From the IMG/VR virus record IMGVR_UViG_3300045988_110955: DNA of 61,774 bases; one strand, 5' to 3'. The translations under genes were made by a program, and so were the position numbers. Of this stretch, positions 18,629 to 27,237 are shown in pieces. This DNA comes from a virus. Each line of letters begins with the position of its first letter. The stretch's first letter is position 1. The notes beneath the pieces are model-generated. The model had not been told where the DNA came from. It ran no database searches and was given only the letters and a program-made list of their open reading frames with translations.

Positions 18629-18765
18629 AAGATCCCCTTCCTTGACTATGTCAAGTATAAAATGTGACCTAAATAGATTAGATGTACGGATTAAGTACGT
18701 ATACCCAAGACTTTAACATTTTGTGACTTGAAAATAATTGTGAAATATTAAAAGATTGATTGAAT

Positions 18766-19062
18766 ATGAAAGAGAACGAGATTAAAAGCATCGTCGTGAA
18801 AGCCGACGGTAACGAGATCAAGGTTGACCACGCTCATGAGTTGGTTATTGGTGACTTGACCATAACCCCGGAAATGATGAGAGAGATAAAGAGTATGTCC
18901 ACTTGCCTGTTCTCTAAGGATATGGACGATATGATAGATACGCTTATCAATTTGAGTTGCGAGGGTAATTACGAGGACGGGTATATCATGGACAAGATGA
19001 GGGCCGTGTCATGCGTGAGGGATTTCTTGCGGGTGATCGAGAAAGATAATACGATTGATTAG
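18766..19062 (+). CDS. Hypothetical protein
   Basis: 98 aa from ATG 18766. Confidence 0.55.
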   Translation: MKENEIKSIVVKADGNEIKVDHAHELVIGDLTITPEMMREIKSMSTCLFSKDMDDMIDTLINLSCEGNYEDGYIMDKMRAVSCVRDFLRVIEKDNTID

Positions 19063-19150
19063 TTGATATTATCTTAATAGTCATTATCTTTGTGACAGAG
19101 CCAAAGAGCCGTACCGGAGACGTATTTGTCCCCGGACGGCTCTTCTTATT
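19063..19150 (+). promoter_or_regulatory. Late cassette copy D (most diverged)
   Basis: TTGA-N18-TATCTTTG (19085-19092), AGAGCCAAAGAGCC, hairpin at 19104-19144, then CTTATTT. Confidence 0.5.
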
Positions 19151-19153
19151 TAT

Positions 19154-21091
19154 ATGCGTATGATAAAAGCGGTATTATTGATAGGGGGGAAGAGGTATGA
19201 CGTGACCGATCACCTAAAGAACTGGGAGGACGTGGAGATATCGGCTAAGAGGAAGGATATTGGCGGTGTCGTTCGATCCTTCTCCAACAAGTTCGAGTTC
19301 GTGAAGGGGGCATACGACCTTCTTGAGGCCGAGTACCTATCCAATTATACGAAAGCCTCGGCCATATTGGTGATAGGCGTGTTGAACGATAGCTGGGGGT
19401 ATAACGAGAAGTTTCGTTGCAAGCTCGATTTCTCCACGTACCAGAGCGACGGGTATACGATATCCATAAACGCCATTGACGATAGCGTAGCGTCCATCAT
19501 CAACGCAAACAAGTCGCAGGTATACGATATCCCGGTGTCGGAGCTAAAGGAGGATACATTGTATTATGACAGGATCTATCTTAACAACAATACGAAATGG
19601 TCCATAAATCCAAATGTGGATCAAACGCAAGATGACGTATATGAGGTTATCATAAATACAAAAGACATATACACGCTATTGCCAATAACTTATATAGATA
19701 CAAATTTTGCCGTAAAGAACATAATAGATGTGTCGGATCAAATATTGAGTATCCATGAGGCTACTGGCGACAATTATATGATAAAAGGGATTACGCCACA
19801 TCCTATAAAAATAAAAATTTCATTCAGTATCAAAGCTGGTAAGACAAGTGAGGAGATCGTATTGGCCTTGTTTTTTGTTATACTAAACAAGGGAGGGGAT
19901 ATCTTACGAGAAGAAAGGACTTACATACCATTATCGGATACATATATAAATATAGATAAGACATTTGACATATCATTAGAACCGGACGATAGATTTGCCG
20001 TTTATTTCAACTCTGCGGGAGGTCATAGTACGGATATTCATTTGACAATTAAGGATGTAAAAGAGATATCCGTATCTTATATAGGTCGAAATAAGCCGGT
20101 AGAAATAGACGCTTTCTCCCCTAAAAAACTATTATCCTCGTTATTATCAAGGATGGGCGTGTCATTGTCCGGCGATATCGTCTCCGGTTCCATGCCTATA
20201 CCTTGGATGATGGCCGCTGAGAGCGTGAGAGGAATAAAGGACGCGAAGGTCCATACGTCCTTCTCCAAGTTCTGTGATTTCGCCAAGGCGTTGCTTGGGT
20301 ATGATTACGAGATACTGGATAATAGCGTGCGTTTCCGGCATATGAATGATTTCTTCGTCAATGAGACGAAAGAATTGGATCACGTGAGCAATATGGAGCT
20401 ATCCGTGGATGAGTCGTTGATATACTCTGGGGTTGAAATTGGATTCGACAAGCAGGACTATGATGAGATAAACGGGCGTGACGAGTTTCACTTCAAGAGC
20501 AGTTTCAGCACGGGATTGGACATAAAGGACAACATATTGTCATTGATAAGCCCGTATAGGGCAGATTGCTACGGATTGGAGTTTCTCGCTAACGAGCGTG
20601 ACGAGGAATCGAAGGATACGGATTCCGACAATGACATATTTATTGTCCACGCTAGGAAAGATGGGGATAGGTTAGTTCTGGTAAGAGAAGAGAATGGGGG
20701 AGCTATATATGCCGTTACGGGAGTATTGTTCTCCGACACTATCTTTAACGCCTCCTACTCGCCGAGAAATATGCTTCTTGTCAATAAGGAAAGGCTCGGG
20801 ATATGCACGGATTACCTGTCTTTCACGGCCTCGGACGGAAACTCCTCGATATCGATAGGAGGAGTATCGGAGACCCTTCCTATACCCCTGCCGGTTAACG
20901 ACCGGAGGATTAGGATTGATAAGGTGTCCTTGGAGACTCCGGGGTTATCCCCGTTCCCGGGTAATTACAGGGGCAAATTGTCGTTCTCGTACGCAGGGAG
21001 ATCGTACGAGGGATGGGTTAGCGAGATAACGGAGAAGATAGGGAAATACCAAACGGCATCCTATTCGCTGATATTGTCTAAAATTACATGA
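19154..21091 (+). CDS. Tail protein (distal-tail/baseplate position)
   Basis: 645 aa. First structural gene after the island. Has an AT-rich central segment. Confidence 0.5.
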   Translation: MRMIKAVLLIGGKRYDVTDHLKNWEDVEISAKRKDIGGVVRSFSNKFEFVKGAYDLLEAEYLSNYTKASAILVIGVLNDSWGYNEKFRCKLDFSTYQSDGYTISINAIDDSVASIINANKSQVYDIPVSELKEDTLYYDRIYLNNNTKWSINPNVDQTQDDVYEVIINTKDIYTLLPITYIDTNFAVKNIIDVSDQILSIHEATGDNYMIKGITPHPIKIKISFSIKAGKTSEEIVLALFFVILNKGGDILREERTYIPLSDTYINIDKTFDISLEPDDRFAVYFNSAGGHSTDIHLTIKDVKEISVSYIGRNKPVEIDAFSPKKLLSSLLSRMGVSLSGDIVSGSMPIPWMMAAESVRGIKDAKVHTSFSKFCDFAKALLGYDYEILDNSVRFRHMNDFFVNETKELDHVSNMELSVDESLIYSGVEIGFDKQDYDEINGRDEFHFKSSFSTGLDIKDNILSLISPYRADCYGLEFLANERDEESKDTDSDNDIFIVHARKDGDRLVLVREENGGAIYAVTGVLFSDTIFNASYSPRNMLLVNKERLGICTDYLSFTASDGNSSISIGGVSETLPIPLPVNDRRIRIDKVSLETPGLSPFPGNYRGKLSFSYAGRSYEGWVSEITEKIGKYQTASYSLILSKIT

Positions 21092-21097
21092 ATTTGT

Positions 21098-21206
21098 TTT
21101 GACAATTGATCCTTATCCCCTATATTTGTAGGACATAACAAAAAAGAAATTAGAGCCTAAGAGCCATACCCGGCGGGAGTCGTATCCTGTGGGGTATGGC
21201 TCTTTT
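21098..21206 (+). promoter_or_regulatory. Late cassette copy C
   Basis: TTTG-N19-TATATTTG (21121-21128) and hairpin at 21159-21203. About 95 percent identical to copy A by eye. Confidence 0.6.
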
Positions 21207-21221
21207 GGCGTTTATAGGCGT

Positions 21222-22112
21222 ATGATAAACGTGAGCAAGATATCACCATTGCTTTTTGACGTGGGCTATAACGGCATCGAGATGGAGCGTGAGTATATAC
21301 AACGCTTCTCTAATGCCGAGAATATAACCGTGCAATGCGTAGTATCCCCTTCCACCACTTTGTCTATGAGGTTGTTCGACCTTTGCGCCAACGATAGCTT
21401 CGTCATATCCCCCATATCCTATGAGATCAACGACTCGAATAAGCTTCTGGAGTTTATCGTTCCAAGAGGGAATAGCCTTTATAGGGCTTCCATAATCGGG
21501 AGTGAGGGGCAGATAAGCAGTCTCCCCTTCCGGTTTTGCGATAACGGGGAATTGGAGGGGCTGACGGAGGTGTCCTATACCAACAGGGATAATATCACCT
21601 CGTTCGGGGCGGTATTTGAGGTTGGAAACAATCAAAGGACTTTCAAGCTATGGATAGAGGGAGGGTTCAAGTCGGATGGGCATTCCCTTAACGTTAGCAA
21701 CGAGCAGTTCAGGACACAGGGGCAAGAGATCATAGAGCTTTACGCCGTACCGTATCAGGTGGACACGCTCACGATAGGGGATAACGAGGGGGTACCTTTC
21801 GAGATGGCCCGCTTGATCAATAACATATTCTGTCTGTCCGAGGTGAGGATAAACGGCGTTAGGTATGTCCGGAGCGAGTCCAGCGTACCCGAGAGGCAAG
21901 TGATAGCCGAGAGATACCCGTTGTTTGATTATACGTTTAACGTTGAGAGAGCGGAGAATATCTCCTTTAACGGGTTCACGGAACAGTCGGACGGATCTTG
22001 GGTCACGGGTTCCATAAGCGTGAACGTGGCAAACGCCAAGGACGGGCAGGTCCTGGTGTATGATGATTCCGTGGGGGCCTTTGTCAATCAATCAAACTTG
22101 GATTCGTTATGA
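21222..22112 (+). CDS. Tail/baseplate protein
   Basis: The track start 21189 lies in the cassette hairpin; ATG is at 21222. Confidence 0.5.
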   Translation: MINVSKISPLLFDVGYNGIEMEREYIQRFSNAENITVQCVVSPSTTLSMRLFDLCANDSFVISPISYEINDSNKLLEFIVPRGNSLYRASIIGSEGQISSLPFRFCDNGELEGLTEVSYTNRDNITSFGAVFEVGNNQRTFKLWIEGGFKSDGHSLNVSNEQFRTQGQEIIELYAVPYQVDTLTIGDNEGVPFEMARLINNIFCLSEVRINGVRYVRSESSVPERQVIAERYPLFDYTFNVERAENISFNGFTEQSDGSWVTGSISVNVANAKDGQVLVYDDSVGAFVNQSNLDSL

Positions 22113-25100
22113 GCAAAAAGAAATTGACCAAACATATATGGTACGGGTCGGATACGGTGATGTCCGAGGGTAAGCTGCAAGCGGCTCCTCCTCCCGTCGC
22201 TATAGATGACGGGACCAAAGAATGGCACCTCTCCGGATTGACGAGGGGCGAGTTGTTCGTGAATGATTACGCCGGAGACCCCGCCTTGTTCATCCTTGCC
22301 AGTGATAATAAGGTGCGAAGGATAGGAGGTCAAGGTTCCGGAAGCGGAGGTGAGGGGGGAGGCGGCGATTTCTCCTTGGCGCAAGGTCCGGGTATAGAGA
22401 TAAAATCGGATATCAATAATATATATACGATTTCCCATAAGGATACCTCTTCGCAAGAGAGTATAAATAAGACGAATAAGAAAGGTATTGCGTCCGTATT
22501 GCTAGATGACTTCGGCCATGTCACGGGCTTGGATACCTGTGACATACTCGATCTTGAGGACTTGGATAAGAGGTATCTTCGCAAGGATATCAATGACGAG
22601 GCGGCGGGAGAGATCATCTTCGACAAGAAGATAGGCTCCTCCATCTTTCTTGACGGCATGGACGGCAAGGGCTGGGAGATCAAGGCCGACGGTTCCGGTA
22701 TCATGGAGGCGTTGAAGGTGCGTTCCGACATATACGCTGGCAACAAGATCGGCTCCATATCGTTCGCCCCCGGCTTCACCGGCTTGGGCACGGAGATAGA
22801 CATCCCCACGGCCACGGGAACCTTTGACAACATATTCGTTAGGAAGACCTTCACGGCCTACGAGATAGTGTATTCGCAGATATACGGGTTGGGCGGCAAC
22901 CAGATCGTATCCGATATCAACAAGATAGGGAGGGTCGAGAGGCTGTCCGATCGTTGGAGATGCTACATGGACGACATGGACGGTCTCATGCTGATGAACC
23001 TCAGGGAAGGTGACGGAGTGAGGATACAGAGAAGGAACGGTATCACGTCCACTAAATATCTATTCGGTCGCTGTATCGGTATCTCATCCGACTATTTCGA
23101 CGTGGCCTACCCGCTGATAGAGGGTACCGGCGAGCCAGAGGCGGGGGATTTCGCCATGCGTTGGGGTAACGACAGGGATACCACTAGGCAGGGCCTTATC
23201 TACCTGACATCGGCGGATCAAGGAGCGCCGTTCATTGCCGTATATGACGGTATCACGGGCGTTTCCACGCAAGACACGCTGAAGGCCCAGCTAGGCAACC
23301 TCTCCATGATCCGTACCAAGAACGGGACCCAACTGAAGGGTTACGGGGCTTACCTGAACGGGATCTATATAGAGAACTCGTCCATATACCTCGATAACGG
23401 CATGACCGTGGAACAACAGTTCTCAGTGATGAACGGGGAGCTGAGGAGCGAGATCGAGGGGTTAAAGAACGACATGTCTCTGGAATCCGGGAATATACTT
23501 GTCAATTCCACGTTCGGGAAGGACACGAGTTATTGGGTGGAGGCCAACGACATCCATCTCATCAACGTGAGCGGCAATCTCCTGTGGGTGGGCGGTTCTT
23601 TTTACTCGGACAAGAGGAAGGTTTCCGATATCTATAGGGATGGCAGCAGGAACGTGCTTCGCATCAAGGACACGTATATATTCCAGCGTAACGACGTGAT
23701 GAAAGTTCCTGAGTTGGAAGAGAGCGAGGAGGGTCATACGTTCTCCTTCTCCTTGTTTTACAAGGTCATGAGACGAGGTGTTTTGACGGTGGGTTTCCAA
23801 GGGCAGGAGTTGTACGAGTCCTTGACGCTGGAGCCGTCCGACGAGTACGTGAAACTGTCCAAGGTCGGCAAATGGGACGGTACCGGGGATTTCCGGATCG
23901 GATTCACTGGCGAGATATTGATCTACGGCGTGTCGTTGTTCAATGACAGGCTGGCCGATGCCGTGATAAAGCTTGAGACGCGGATCTTGCAGACGGAGGA
24001 ATATATAAAGTTACTGGCCACTAAGGATTACGTGGACTCGGAGACCGGCAAGATCTACGAGAAATATACCGGCGAGTTGTCGGTCATGGCCACGGAGATA
24101 GCCGCAAGGGTGACACATACCGAGTTCGATACGGAGACGGCGGCCATAAGGCGTGAGGTATCGTCCGCTCTTACCGTTCAGGATGGCAAGATAAGCGGGA
24201 TATCCACGGATGTTAATAATATCCAGAATACGATAGATACGGCTGGGTGGATCAATACCACGCAAGGAAACGCGTTGTTCGCCGCCAAGAGCTTGGAGAA
24301 TGGCGATAATATCATATCGTATATCAACCAGACGGCAACCACCACCACGATCAAGGCGGAGAGGATCGATCTTGTCGGGGCGGTGACGTTCAGCATGTTT
24401 AATACGGATCTTCAAAGCACTATTAACGGGAAAGCAAACTCGAGCGCTCTTGGGGATTTGGCTTATGAGGACTATATCACCAAAGGGATGATGAGTACGG
24501 CCTTGCAATCGGAACTAAACGGGAAGGTAAGCGAAGGCGCTTTAGGGACATTAGCCTACGCAAGTTCTATATCAAAGAATGACTTGGCTTATTCTTTATT
24601 GACCGAATTTAACGGTAAGGCAAACAGTTCTTCTTTAAAGGCTCTTGCTTATTTAGATAAGGTTGAGCAAGCCCAATTGGGAGCGACAATCATATCAGGA
24701 GGTCATATTATCACATCCCTGATTGACACGGACGCAATTTATGCGAATATGGCATCTATAGCTGGATTTACGATTGAAAAAAATCAGCTTTATGGAACAA
24801 CGAATAATGAATATTACGGGAGTTATAAGATGTACATGGATTCAAGCAGATGTGAGATTGGAATATCTGATAGCAATGAGTCAACGTATAAACTGAGCGT
24901 AGGATATAATTATAGGACAACGAATGATGCGGGGACAGCGTCCTTGTTCATCAAAAAATCACTGGCGATAAGAACTATGGTCGAAGTCCCGAGAACCGCC
25001 ATAAAAGTAGCGGTCACTAACGCAGACGATTCTAATATGGTAAAATTAGAATGTGAGTCTACCAGAAATGATAGTGGGTTCATGAATTTTTTGTATTGCG

Positions 25101-25285
25101 AGCATGGGATAAGAGAGATACAGCTTGGGACCAAGAAGTTCTCAAACGACTCGCCAGGAATATGGCGTACCGTTTTACGTATGGATCTTATGCCTTCGGT
25201 AACACAAGTAAACACTGAATCCACATCAGGGACTAGATATAATGTCAAATGGGATTCCGCTACGGGACTTTTATATATAGAATAA
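22109..25285 (+). CDS. Tail fibre / host-specificity protein
   Basis: 1058 aa with a Gly-rich linker. Periodic GKANSSALG.LAY motifs. AT-rich C-terminal ~250 aa. Confidence 0.7.
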   Translation: MSKKKLTKHIWYGSDTVMSEGKLQAAPPPVAIDDGTKEWHLSGLTRGELFVNDYAGDPALFILASDNKVRRIGGQGSGSGGEGGGGDFSLAQGPGIEIKSDINNIYTISHKDTSSQESINKTNKKGIASVLLDDFGHVTGLDTCDILDLEDLDKRYLRKDINDEAAGEIIFDKKIGSSIFLDGMDGKGWEIKADGSGIMEALKVRSDIYAGNKIGSISFAPGFTGLGTEIDIPTATGTFDNIFVRKTFTAYEIVYSQIYGLGGNQIVSDINKIGRVERLSDRWRCYMDDMDGLMLMNLREGDGVRIQRRNGITSTKYLFGRCIGISSDYFDVAYPLIEGTGEPEAGDFAMRWGNDRDTTRQGLIYLTSADQGAPFIAVYDGITGVSTQDTLKAQLGNLSMIRTKNGTQLKGYGAYLNGIYIENSSIYLDNGMTVEQQFSVMNGELRSEIEGLKNDMSLESGNILVNSTFGKDTSYWVEANDIHLINVSGNLLWVGGSFYSDKRKVSDIYRDGSRNVLRIKDTYIFQRNDVMKVPELEESEEGHTFSFSLFYKVMRRGVLTVGFQGQELYESLTLEPSDEYVKLSKVGKWDGTGDFRIGFTGEILIYGVSLFNDRLADAVIKLETRILQTEEYIKLLATKDYVDSETGKIYEKYTGELSVMATEIAARVTHTEFDTETAAIRREVSSALTVQDGKISGISTDVNNIQNTIDTAGWINTTQGNALFAAKSLENGDNIISYINQTATTTTIKAERIDLVGAVTFSMFNTDLQSTINGKANSSALGDLAYEDYITKGMMSTALQSELNGKVSEGALGTLAYASSISKNDLAYSLLTEFNGKANSSSLKALAYLDKVEQAQLGATIISGGHIITSLIDTDAIYANMASIAGFTIEKNQLYGTTNNEYYGSYKMYMDSSRCEIGISDSNESTYKLSVGYNYRTTNDAGTASLFIKKSLAIRTMVEVPRTAIKVAVTNADDSNMVKLECESTRNDSGFMNFLYCEHGIREIQLGTKKFSNDSPGIWRTVLRMDLMPSVTQVNTESTSGTRYNVKWDSATGLLYIE

Positions 25286-25312
25286 TTATTAACAACTAAA
25301 ATACAGTAAATC

Positions 25313-25603
25313 ATGAAAGTAAATTTCAACAAACCCCTAAAGACCTTTAAGGGGGAAGACATGAAGGACGAGTTCGGAAAAGTTCAGATCATCAAGGATA
25401 TCGTATGCGCTAGGCTTTACTCTTCCGGCGATGAGATGAACGAGGACGAGAAATATGAGTCCTACAAGCTAATGACAAGGATCAACGCCGCCGATGGCGA
25501 TATGGACATTAGCGACAAGGAGTCCCTATTGATAAAGAAATGTTGTAACAAGACATTGACCGCCGGAGCTTTCGGTCAGATCTTTGAACTTTTAAACGTA
25601 TGA
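25313..25603 (+). CDS. Hypothetical protein
   Basis: 96 aa. Confidence 0.55.
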   Translation: MKVNFNKPLKTFKGEDMKDEFGKVQIIKDIVCARLYSSGDEMNEDEKYESYKLMTRINAADGDMDISDKESLLIKKCCNKTLTAGAFGQIFELLNV

Positions 25604-25607
25604 TACC

Positions 25608-25895
25608 ATGGAGATAACGAGCGACACAAGGACGATAAACGGCTACTCGGAAGTAGCCGGTATCAAGATACAGTATTCCGCCTCGGTCAAGACCGATGAG
25701 CGGATAGACCGGATAACAGGCTCTTTTATCAGGGACGGGGTACGTGTGGGATCTCTGGTCTACGAGCGTAACGGGCAATTCTTCATGTCGGTGGACAAGC
25801 CCGGCGTGATAACGAGCAAGGAGGATGCGGTGGCCATCGCCACTCAATTCTTTAACGACACTTACGAGATGTTGAACAGTCAAGCGGTGGAGTAA
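25608..25895 (+). CDS. Hypothetical protein
   Basis: 95 aa. Confidence 0.55.
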   Translation: MEITSDTRTINGYSEVAGIKIQYSASVKTDERIDRITGSFIRDGVRVGSLVYERNGQFFMSVDKPGVITSKEDAVAIATQFFNDTYEMLNSQAVE

Positions 25896-25896
25896 T

Positions 25897-27237
25897 ATGG
25901 AAAGCATCATCCTATCATCGGGCACCGAGGTAACCCCCGAGGACATCCAGAAGATAGCGTCGGCGGTCAACGGCCTGTTGCTGACCACGTCTAAGGACCC
26001 GGGACAGTACGAGGAGGCCGATAGCCTGCAAGGTATATCGTCCTTGCCGGTGTTCAGGCAATCCGGATCGGCCTACGATCTCGTACGTGTGGCCATATCC
26101 TTGTTGAGGGGCGTTGACGGGAAACAGATCGTCTTGCAGGTCACCGCCGATTACATACAGTGGCGTTACGAGGACGGGATGTGGCAGAACCTCATACCGC
26201 TCGCCGACTTGAAGAGGCCGGCCACGGAAGCCGCCGCCGATGTGCGTGAGAGGATGAACGCTATCGTGAGCGAGGTGAACGCCTTGAAGACCCAGTTCGA
26301 GAACGACGTGAGGCACGCCTTGGAGAGGGCGGATGCGGCAACCGAGAAAGCGAACACGGCGGCTGAGAACGCCAAGTCGGTGTCTGACCACCCGGGCTAT
26401 ATCGGCGATGACTTCCATGTCTACACGTGGGATTACGCTACCGGGACCTATATCAAGACGGACAGGATACTGAAACCGGAGGCGTTCACGATCTACAAGG
26501 TCTATAAGTCCGTCTCGGCTATGGAGGCGGACAAGTCTAACGTCCCGGAGGGGAAGTTCGTCATCATCAACACGGGCAGCGTGGAGGAGGAGGATACCGG
26601 CAAGCTGTATCTGAGGACATCGACGGGCTACGACTATATCGTGGACGTTTCCGGTATGAGAGGCTTCACCGGGAAGACCCCGCAATTCTCAATAGGCACC
26701 ATAACGGCGGGCACGTATCCTTCCGTCTCGTTGTCCGACGGGGGCACGGACACATCCGGCAACCCCGTATACAGGATGAACTTCGTGTTGCAGAGAGGCC
26801 CTAGGGGATTCTCTCCCAAGATATCGATCGGCAAGGTGACGACCGGTCTCCCGGGAACGGTGGCCCAAGCCACGATAACCGAGAAGGGAGAGACCGAGGA
26901 AGGGGTACCATTGGCGGAATTAGATCTTACCATCCCGCAAGGACAGGACGGGGCGGTGGCCGGCGTATACAAGACAAGGGAGATCGACCATGTCCCGGGG
27001 GCTAACGACGTGACCTACGAGGAGGGCAGTGAGACCAAGAGCTACCCTATAGGCGGTGAGGTCTATCTAAGGGAGGCTCCCGGAGACGTTACGTTCTACA
27101 AGCTCCACGACATAGTGGAGGGTAAGGCCATATGGGAGGAGTCTTCCGGTGCCGCCTTGCCGGGGAACATTTACTTGACCGGGGCGAATTACTACAATGA
27201 ATCAGTAACAATTATCGATAAAGGGATATTATCATGA
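25897..27237 (+). CDS. Tail fibre-like protein
   Basis: 446 aa. Coiled coil, then repeated G.(R/K)GF(T/S)(G/P)K...IG..T motifs. Confidence 0.55.
   Translation: MESIILSSGTEVTPEDIQKIASAVNGLLLTTSKDPGQYEEADSLQGISSLPVFRQSGSAYDLVRVAISLLRGVDGKQIVLQVTADYIQWRYEDGMWQNLIPLADLKRPATEAAADVRERMNAIVSEVNALKTQFENDVRHALERADAATEKANTAAENAKSVSDHPGYIGDDFHVYTWDYATGTYIKTDRILKPEAFTIYKVYKSVSAMEADKSNVPEGKFVIINTGSVEEEDTGKLYLRTSTGYDYIVDVSGMRGFTGKTPQFSIGTITAGTYPSVSLSDGGTDTSGNPVYRMNFVLQRGPRGFSPKISIGKVTTGLPGTVAQATITEKGETEEGVPLAELDLTIPQGQDGAVAGVYKTREIDHVPGANDVTYEEGSETKSYPIGGEVYLREAPGDVTFYKLHDIVEGKAIWEESSGAALPGNIYLTGANYYNESVTIIDKGILS

Noticed and set aside
25915-26685. 256-aa - strand ORF, plus other long antisense ORFs (21243-22091, 22330-22854, 24011-24508, 61158-61712)
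   Set aside because: These are shadow ORFs antisense to well-supported GC-rich structural genes. Their composition is Arg/Gly/Pro-rich with no motifs.
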